DNA of 29,537 bases from Armatimonadota bacterium (GTDB lineage Bacteria > Armatimonadota > UBA5829 > DTLH01), in contig JBDKSP010000067.1 of assembly GCA_039680575.1 (NCBI GenBank), positions 1 to 29,537 of the forward strand, read 5' to 3'. Under the pieces are notes generated by a model. That model made no database searches. It was not told where the DNA came from and saw only the letters and a program-made list of their open reading frames with translations. Below are positions 9,147 to 16,400 of the stretch, in pieces. A program made the translations under genes and the position numbers. Positions within the stretch are counted from its first letter, which is position 1, and each line of letters starts with the position of its first letter.

Positions 9147-9995
9147 ATGAGCACACCAGACCTTACAGAAAAATCACTTCACAAGTTTCTGGAAACGCAT
9201 AGATTAAGGCGGCTGTACTTCGCTGACAGCTCGCTTGCACCGCCGCCGCTTGCCTATGTGACGCCTTTTCCGAGACTGGCAATACCTCTTTCGGGACGCT
9301 ACCCCGTGGAGATTGCTCATTGCCATAAGACAAAACAGATCGACTGCATTCCCGGCGAAGGTGTGTTTGTCGGAAGGCACTGCTGGGATAGACCGAAGTG
9401 GACGGAGCCTGTCAGCGTGCTGACACTCCTTTTCGGCAAGAAGCAGATCGGTTTCAGTCTCGTCACTCACGATGGTTCTACGAGTGATCCCGTTGGCGCG
9501 ATGAAATGCAGTATGCCTATATCGAGAGACAGCCTGCCCAGCAATATACTCGACACGATAATCGGCCTGAATGATCCTTACGCACGCGAGTCTGTAGGGC
9601 TGCTGCTTGCGGAAGCACTGCTCTATGCATGCACGCTGATTTTGAAGAAACCGGAAAGCGCCAAGCCCAAAAAAGCCGGTCACACGTACGATGCAATCTG
9701 CTTATATATACAGGAAAACCACCAGCAGATGTTGACGAGAGATACCGTCGCAAAGCATTTTGGACTGCATCCCTGCCACATCTCGCGCCTGTTCCGAAAT
9801 GAAGGTAACATGCGTTTTTCGGATTATGTTAATCTGGTGCGCATCGAAAGAGCCAAATTCCTGCTTAAAAACTACGATATTCCAATGAAAGAGATCTCAT
9901 CCAGCTGTGGTTTCTCGGATACAGCCTATTTTTGCAGGGTGTTCAGGACAATGACCGGAATTACTCCCACATCGTACCGTTTGAGGGGGTTGTAG
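9147..9995 (+). CDS. AraC-family transcriptional regulator, YijO-like
   Basis: C-terminal double HTH (LTRDTVAKHFGLHPCHISRLF ... MKEISSSCGFSDTAYFCRVFR). The N-terminal domain (LRRLYFA...PLAYVTPFPRL...LLFGKKQIGFSLV) resembles E. coli YijO as I recall it. Divergent from the PTS operon. Confidence 0.88.
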   Translation: MSTPDLTEKSLHKFLETHRLRRLYFADSSLAPPPLAYVTPFPRLAIPLSGRYPVEIAHCHKTKQIDCIPGEGVFVGRHCWDRPKWTEPVSVLTLLFGKKQIGFSLVTHDGSTSDPVGAMKCSMPISRDSLPSNILDTIIGLNDPYARESVGLLLAEALLYACTLILKKPESAKPKKAGHTYDAICLYIQENHQQMLTRDTVAKHFGLHPCHISRLFRNEGNMRFSDYVNLVRIERAKFLLKNYDIPMKEISSSCGFSDTAYFCRVFRTMTGITPTSYRLRGL

Positions 9996-10045
9996 AATAG
10001 GATGAGACTTATCAGCGTATATTTGCAGCACCTTTGCTTTTCCGC

Positions 10046-10073
10046 CTAAAGCCACACTAAAAAACTCCGATAA
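10046..10073 (+). promoter_or_regulatory. Sigma-28 (FliA/SigD)-type promoter for the TPR-GT2 gene
   Basis: CTAAAG (TAAA at 10047-10050), 15-nt spacer, TCCGATAA (10066-10073). Consensus is TAAA-N15-GCCGATAA. Lies 83 nt upstream of the GTG at 10157. Confidence 0.7.
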
Positions 10074-10156
10074 TAAAGATACCTGGTAATCTTACTGGGT
10101 TACATCCTCAACCGCATGTAGTTTGGTAATTAACTCGCAGGAAGGCAGAGAAAACA

Positions 10157-12205
10157 GTGACTTTACGAATAAACAATCAATCCAAGGATAATACGGCGCA
10201 GTCCATTAATAAACAACTGGGACTTAGAGCTTATTCGGAAAAGCGCTGGATCGAAGCAGTCAGTTATCTCGAAAAAGAACTGGAGAACAACCCGACTGAT
10301 GCGACTGTGATGAATTACCTGGCGCTTGCCTACGATAACCTCGGTGACGGCAAAAAAGCTCGCACCATACTTGGAGACGCTATCAAGGCAGTGCCCGGCT
10401 TTGCTGGCACCTACAGGAGCCTTTCGCTGCTTCTCAGTCGAGACGGACGGATACTAGAAGCAGCCGATAACGCCTGCAAGGCCGTCGAACTCGATCCATC
10501 GAACCAGGATTCGGTGGATTCCCTGAAGAAAATCCGCGCCAATATCCGCGGGCTGAAGCCTGCTAATAAAAGTAAAGGAAATAAGCATAAAGTTAAACAT
10601 GGTTTATCACAGGAAGATATAAACACCCGCCTTAGGCGGGTGAAATCCGCGCTGGCCAAAGCGGAATCCGTCCCACAATCGTCGAAACCGAATTTGTCCT
10701 TGTGCATGATAGTGAAAAATGAAGAGGAGTATCTGCGCGGCTGCCTGGAGAGTGTCAAAGATATAGTCGATGAGATGGTTATCGTTGACACCGGTTCGAT
10801 TGATGATACCGTCGAGATTGCTAAATCGTACGGCGCTAAAATCTACTCCTATCCCTGGAACGACAACTTTGCAGATGCGCGAAACAACGCCATCGAGCAT
10901 GCGACCGGTGAATGGATACTCGTCCTGGACGCGGATGAGCGTCTGGATGAGAATTCAAAGAAAACGGTCCTTAAAGCCATAGAAAATCCTTCCATCGATG
11001 CTTATGAGCTGCTATTCTACAACCACAACCGGGCTGATTCCGAAGCGGATGTGTTCGTACACCCGACCTGCCGGCTTTATCGCAACAGGTCTGAACACCG
11101 CTACAGAGGGCGTGTGCATGAGATGATCGTGCCATCGATCGAGGCCGCAGGAAGGACAATCAAGCGGCTTGAAGCGAAAGTCCATCACTACGGGTATCAG
11201 CCGGAAGTGATGGTGAAGAGAAATAAGCATGAACGCTATATCCGGCTTCTCAAGGCTGACCTCGCGGAGAACCCTGACAATACCAACTGCATGTACAACC
11301 TGGCAACAGCCTATTCATCGTATGGCGATGCGAAAAACGCTTTGAAATACTTCGATCAGGCTAGCAAGATTGTAAACACGAAACAGGATTTCTATGCCGT
11401 GGCAACTTTCTGCGGACTGGTCAGCACGCTGTGCAGTTTGAATGAACCGGAAGCGGCTTTATCCGCCGCGGAGCGTGCTGAGAGCATGCATCTTCATCAT
11501 CCGCAGTTGAGTTTGTGCAGAGGTAACGCTCTCCTGCTTCTGAAGCGGTATGAAGAAGCTATATGCTGGTTCAAATCAGCCCTCGAAACCGGTCAAAACA
11601 GTAATTTCACTGGTGATATGGCAGCTCTTGGCTATAAAACCTATCACGGAATGGCATCAGCATACGCCGCGTTGGGAGATTATACCAAAGCTGTTCAATA
11701 TGGAGAAAAGGCTGTAATTGAGCAGCCGAATCATACGCCGTCACTTGAAGTGCTTGCTGATTCCTATCTTAACCTGAAGCAATATGATAAGTGCAGAGCT
11801 CATATGGAACACTGCCTTGAACTCAACCCAGATTCCCCCAACGCACAGATGGTTATGGGCAGGCTTCATGCGGCTCAAGGCAAGGTTGCAGCCGCGCTCG
11901 ATTGCTTCGTCAGAGTACTTGAGCTGGACCCTTCATTAGTTGCAGCGTACGCTGCCGCAGCCGATGTGCTTTATTCTCACGGCAACTACACCGACGCAGC
12001 CAATGTTTATCAGAATTACCTGTCCGTAAGCCCTAACAGCGCTGATGGATTCATTGGCTTGGGTAACTGCTACCGGCAGATGGGTGTATACGATGCTGCT
12101 AAAATGGCTTATCAACAGGCAATGAAACTCCAGCCTGAATCTAAAGAAGCATCAGACGATCTGGCCGGTCTTGAGGAGATGACGGCCACATGCCGCGCTG
12201 CTTAG
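10157..12205 (+). CDS. TPR-GT2-TPR glycosyltransferase (protein/flagellin glycosyltransferase-like)
   Basis: N-terminal TPRs (NPTDATVMNYLALAY...), GT2 core LSLCMIVKNEEEYLRGCLESV...DTGS.D...FADARN...WILVLDADERL...VHHYGY, then about 9 C-terminal TPRs. Confidence 0.9.
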   Translation: MTLRINNQSKDNTAQSINKQLGLRAYSEKRWIEAVSYLEKELENNPTDATVMNYLALAYDNLGDGKKARTILGDAIKAVPGFAGTYRSLSLLLSRDGRILEAADNACKAVELDPSNQDSVDSLKKIRANIRGLKPANKSKGNKHKVKHGLSQEDINTRLRRVKSALAKAESVPQSSKPNLSLCMIVKNEEEYLRGCLESVKDIVDEMVIVDTGSIDDTVEIAKSYGAKIYSYPWNDNFADARNNAIEHATGEWILVLDADERLDENSKKTVLKAIENPSIDAYELLFYNHNRADSEADVFVHPTCRLYRNRSEHRYRGRVHEMIVPSIEAAGRTIKRLEAKVHHYGYQPEVMVKRNKHERYIRLLKADLAENPDNTNCMYNLATAYSSYGDAKNALKYFDQASKIVNTKQDFYAVATFCGLVSTLCSLNEPEAALSAAERAESMHLHHPQLSLCRGNALLLLKRYEEAICWFKSALETGQNSNFTGDMAALGYKTYHGMASAYAALGDYTKAVQYGEKAVIEQPNHTPSLEVLADSYLNLKQYDKCRAHMEHCLELNPDSPNAQMVMGRLHAAQGKVAAALDCFVRVLELDPSLVAAYAAAADVLYSHGNYTDAANVYQNYLSVSPNSADGFIGLGNCYRQMGVYDAAKMAYQQAMKLQPESKEASDDLAGLEEMTATCRAA

Positions 12206-12236
12206 GCATATAGCCTAAAGAGTTTCGAGTAATAAG

Positions 12237-12276
12237 GAGTTTTGGTCGAAACAGTGTTTAGCACTTGCCAAAACTC
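12237..12276. terminator. Hairpin between convergent genes, possible terminator
   Basis: GAGTTTTGG (12237-12245) pairs with CCAAAACTC (12268-12276), with inner AGTG/CACT. No clear U-tract. Confidence 0.35.
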
Positions 12277-12322
12277 TGCAGATACAAATTTACGGTTCTG
12301 GTGGCTGGCTTTTGCAGCAAAT

Positions 12323-13276
12323 CTATATTGCGATCTTCCGTCGCCACTTGTTGCGGAGTATCCACATCATCGGTATCCAGAGCCGCTTGCTCATTATCTG
12401 ACTTGCGTTATAGGGAAGCCAGCACCGTTTGTCGCAATTTTCCACCATTTTTCTTACGTCTGAAGCCCGCCTGCTGTGCCATATCTTCTCGAAGGGATTT
12501 TCCGTGATGTTGCCTATAGTCTCATCCATCATGTTGCAGGGCTTTATGTCGCCCCAGGGCTCGCACAAAAATTTGTTATGTCCCATGACACATGGAAGCA
12601 GCCGCTTACCTCCGTTTATATGATTGATTATGCCATGGTTTATATAGGCTCTGAACCAGTCCTTAGGCCTTTTATTCTTTAGCTGCGCTGCCACAAGCTG
12701 CCGGAAAGCTTCGCAGATACTATCGTTTTGAATGATCTTGTTATCGAACTTCCGATAGGCGTAGCCATTATGAGCTATACCAGCTGAAAACTGCACTCCC
12801 AATTGTTTGGACAGAGTGTAGAGTTCCATGAGGTCTTTATAATTCTTGTCTGTAACGGTGATATTGATACCTACATCCCCTGCACCTGCTTCTTTCAGCA
12901 TAATGATTGTCCTGAGTGCATGATCGAACCCGTCCTTTATTCCCCTCAGCTCGTCGTTGACTCTTGGCAGGCCTTCCATGCTCACGCGGAAAGCAATATC
13001 CTTATACTTTTTTGCCATCGCTACTATGCGTTCTGTGTAGTATCCATTCGTGCTAATCAGAATTCGATTGCATTTCGGATGCAATATGCGGATGATATCC
13101 GGCATATCTTCTCTAATGAAGGGCTCGCCTCCCGTGATACTCAGGAGTGACATTCGGGGAAACCGTTCGTAGTATTTAATATCCATCTCGCGGATTTCGG
13201 AAGCAGGAACTTGCCATGAATTACAGATATGGCATCTACCGTTACATCGGTAGGTTGCAATTATGGTGCCTTCCAT
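12323..13276 (-). CDS. Radical SAM/SPASM-domain protein of the type seen in polysaccharide loci
   Basis: CxxxCxxC (CNGRCHIC), ITGGEPF, ISTNG, and C-terminal SPASM/twitch cysteines (LPCVMG...GDIKPCN...IGN...CDKRCW). GGAGG RBS. Confidence 0.88.
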   Translation of the reverse strand: MEGTIIATYRCNGRCHICNSWQVPASEIREMDIKYYERFPRMSLLSITGGEPFIREDMPDIIRILHPKCNRILISTNGYYTERIVAMAKKYKDIAFRVSMEGLPRVNDELRGIKDGFDHALRTIIMLKEAGAGDVGINITVTDKNYKDLMELYTLSKQLGVQFSAGIAHNGYAYRKFDNKIIQNDSICEAFRQLVAAQLKNKRPKDWFRAYINHGIINHINGGKRLLPCVMGHNKFLCEPWGDIKPCNMMDETIGNITENPFEKIWHSRRASDVRKMVENCDKRCWLPYNASQIMSKRLWIPMMWILRNKWRRKIAI

Positions 13277-13374
13277 CTATCCCTCCACCATTGAGTTCTT
13301 TTGCTGAACCGGACTGACACCACGTTCCAGGCTGACCTTCCAGAACGCGCATTCATAGACTATATATCTATAAA

Positions 13375-13404
13375 TATGCCTCCAGGGTATACCCTGGAGG
13401 CATA
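13375..13404 (-). terminator. Perfect 30-bp palindrome, likely intrinsic terminator of the pyruvyltransferase/giant GT operon
   Basis: TATGCCTCCAGGGTATACCCTGGAGGCATA is its own reverse complement. It lies 50 nt downstream of the 13455 stop and is followed by TTTATA on the minus strand. Confidence 0.65.
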
Positions 13405-13454
13405 ATATTCAAACAAGCAGACGTATAATCCTGCATTTTTGTGCGTTTGAGTTA

Positions 13455-16400
13455 TTAATTCTTAACAAGCTGTGCCGCTGCGCAATAGTGACAGCAGGGA
13501 TCAAAAGGCTTCTCGATCAATGGAGCCAGATTCAGCGAACCGCTGTGCGGTATATCTGATGGAAGCCCCCACTTTTCCTTGAACAACTCCCAGTTCTTCA
13601 TAATCAACCTGTCTCTGTCGATATTCTCCCCAGCAAATGTCTGACTGCCGAAATGATGGACGAAGCAATCTTTCACAATCAAAACGCTGAATCCCGCAAT
13701 CACGGCTCTGATGCAATAATCATCATCCTCGAAGTTACCGAGACCGTACCTCGTATCAAGACCACCCACTTCTTCTATCACCGAGCGGCTGATGAGCATA
13801 GAAAACCCGACAACCCGCACATGCGACAGAATTTCACCGTTATATTCTTTCGCCAATTCTGCAGCGAATTCGTTCAACCCTTCCAGCGTGGACTTATTGT
13901 AACAGGCATGCTTTACAAGCTGAGACCCCGAAACAAAATTGCTCATCGGACCTGTTATACCGACACCACTGTGGTACTCCATAGGCCGCACCAGCCGTTC
14001 CAGCCAACCCGGAGTCACGACTACATCGTTATTAAGCAGCAGCACATAATCTCCCGTACTTGCTGCTATACCACAGTTGTTGCCGGCCGCATAGCCAAGA
14101 TTCTCGCTGTTTTTGATCACCTTCACCGCTTTGCAGAATCCGTTTTCGATCTCCGACTTCTCCCACCTGTCCGTTAAGCTGTCCAAATAATCGGCGGTAC
14201 CGTCTGTCGAGCAGTTATCGACTACTATGAGCTCATAAGGAACATTCGTGTACTGTTCGATGCTCTCCAGGCACTTTTTTGTATAGTAAAGCTGGTTGTA
14301 TGCAAGGATCACGATAGAGACAGTCTTCTCTCTCGGAGCCGGAGACCTGCCAAAGAGCATCTTCCGTAACCTCGATTCGACCGATTCAGGCGACCATTCG
14401 GCTGCCTTTTGCTTACCAGCCTGGGAAAGCCGTTCCCAGAGTCCCCGGTCACGGTAAAGATTCACTACTTGCGATGCAAACTCATCCGGGGTATCCCCTA
14501 TCAGGACATTATGGCCGTGAGTGAGGTCCATGCCTTCAGCGCCGATAGAAGTCGTCACCACGGGAAGCCCCCAGGCGAGCGCTTCTCCGACCTTACCCTT
14601 CATCCCCGCGCCGTACCTGAGCGGGCTTACAGAAACGCGAGCCATCTTTAGGTAATCGGGAAGGTTTTCCACGTATCCTGTAACGATGATATTATCCGAA
14701 GCCAGTAATTTGATATCTTCCGGCGGGTTTCCACCGACTACATGCAGTTTTATATCAGGAATTTGCTTCTGAACCGTCGGAAATATCTCCTTGCAGAAAT
14801 ACCGGACCGCGTCCGCGTTTGGCGGATGGTTGAAGTTACCTACAAACAGGAGGTCCGAGGTCTGATCGAACACCTTTTCCACATTGACCTGTCCGTGGAT
14901 ATTCGGAACGACCTCGACCGGCACATTTTTGATTATATTCCCGATAGTCTGCTTTTCCTGCTCGGTTATAACCCAGAGCCTGTCAGCCTGGCGGTAAACA
15001 TTCAGTTCCATGCGTTTTTTATGAGCGGCGGTTTCCATCAATGGATTGTCGTTTTTCAGCTCAGCTTCTCTCATCTCCCGAACGAAGTGGATATCCACCG
15101 TATCGACTATCACTTCGGTATCAGGCGCATATTTTCTGATGAGCGGCATATAATACTGGGCAACATCCCAGAACTCCATAATGGCATAGTCGAACTTTTG
15201 CCCGCCGAAGATAGACTCATAGTCCAGTGGAGCCTTATCCACCTTGTAACCGGCTCTTTCCAGCGCCTGTGGGTCCCACGGATGCACTTCTATGCCCATA
15301 GACTCCAGGATCGGGACGTATCTCTCCTCCATAGAGCCCATCATAGAAACAAAGGTGATGCTGCACCCAAGTTTCCGCAGTAGTTTCAGCATATTAAACA
15401 GCCTTAGTGAACCGGATGCGCGGTCGAAATACGGCAGGCATTTATCTATTACAAGAATATTCGGAGCTTCCCCACGTTCACTCAGCGCTTTATTCCTGAT
15501 GGATGCGACTTCATCGATGTAGCCCTTCCACCTGTAAGCGTCGAAGGCGGAGTAATACAACTGGTGCAGCAATTGCTCGGCTGATATTACTCCATTTGCA
15601 GTATCTACTGCCTTCGCTCGAAGCTCGGGAAGTGTCGATTCCTCCAGCCAGCCGATATTGCTCTCAAGATCAGCCAAAACAGGTTCCACCCTGTTCCACT
15701 TACCGGCGGCATCCGGTACTGCGAAATAAGCAGCCAGTTCAGGGCTCTGATGCTTGCGGGTTATCTGTGTAGCCGCAACGCCGAATGTGAGACGGCGCTT
15801 CTTAAAGGCACTGTAGTCAAACGAACGCAGTATATAGCTTATTATCCGCGGGTTATAGTATACCTTGAAACCCGTGTGACGGAGCCTGAATGCCAAGTCC
15901 ATATCCTCACAGACCGGCGTACCCTCGTCGAAGTTTGCGACTTCCATCAAAAGCTTTCGTTTGATAGATGCAGTGCCGCCCCAGAAGCAGTGCCAGGGAA
16001 GCGGAACATTCGGCTTTATGGACGGATACGAAAGGTATTGCTGTCCAACCTCGGTGACATGATACATTACAGGAGTGAGTTCCAGTTCCGGGTCCCATGA
16101 AGTGTATCCCAGCACTGCCTCGTTATCCTCCGGGTGTTCCAGATGGGACCGCATATGTTCGGCCAGAAGCCTTCGCGTGGGGCGGTCGTCATCGTCGAAG
16201 AAAGCTACAAAATCCCCCTTCGCAGCCTTCGCGCCCGTATTCCGCCCTGCTCCGACCCCACGGTTTTCGTCATGGCGAATGTATCTCAGAGGTATCCGTT
16301 CCGAATACTCGGTTATTATGCTGCTCAGGTCATCATCCGAGTGATCGTCGATCACCAAAATCTCGAAGTTCCGGCTGGGAAGGGTCTGGTTGCAAAAGCC

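Noticed and set aside
12206..13454. RiPP (ranthipeptide/sactipeptide) cluster around the SPASM enzyme
   Set aside because: No precursor peptide, RRE/PqqD domain, peptidase or exporter is visible, and the context is glycosyltransferases.
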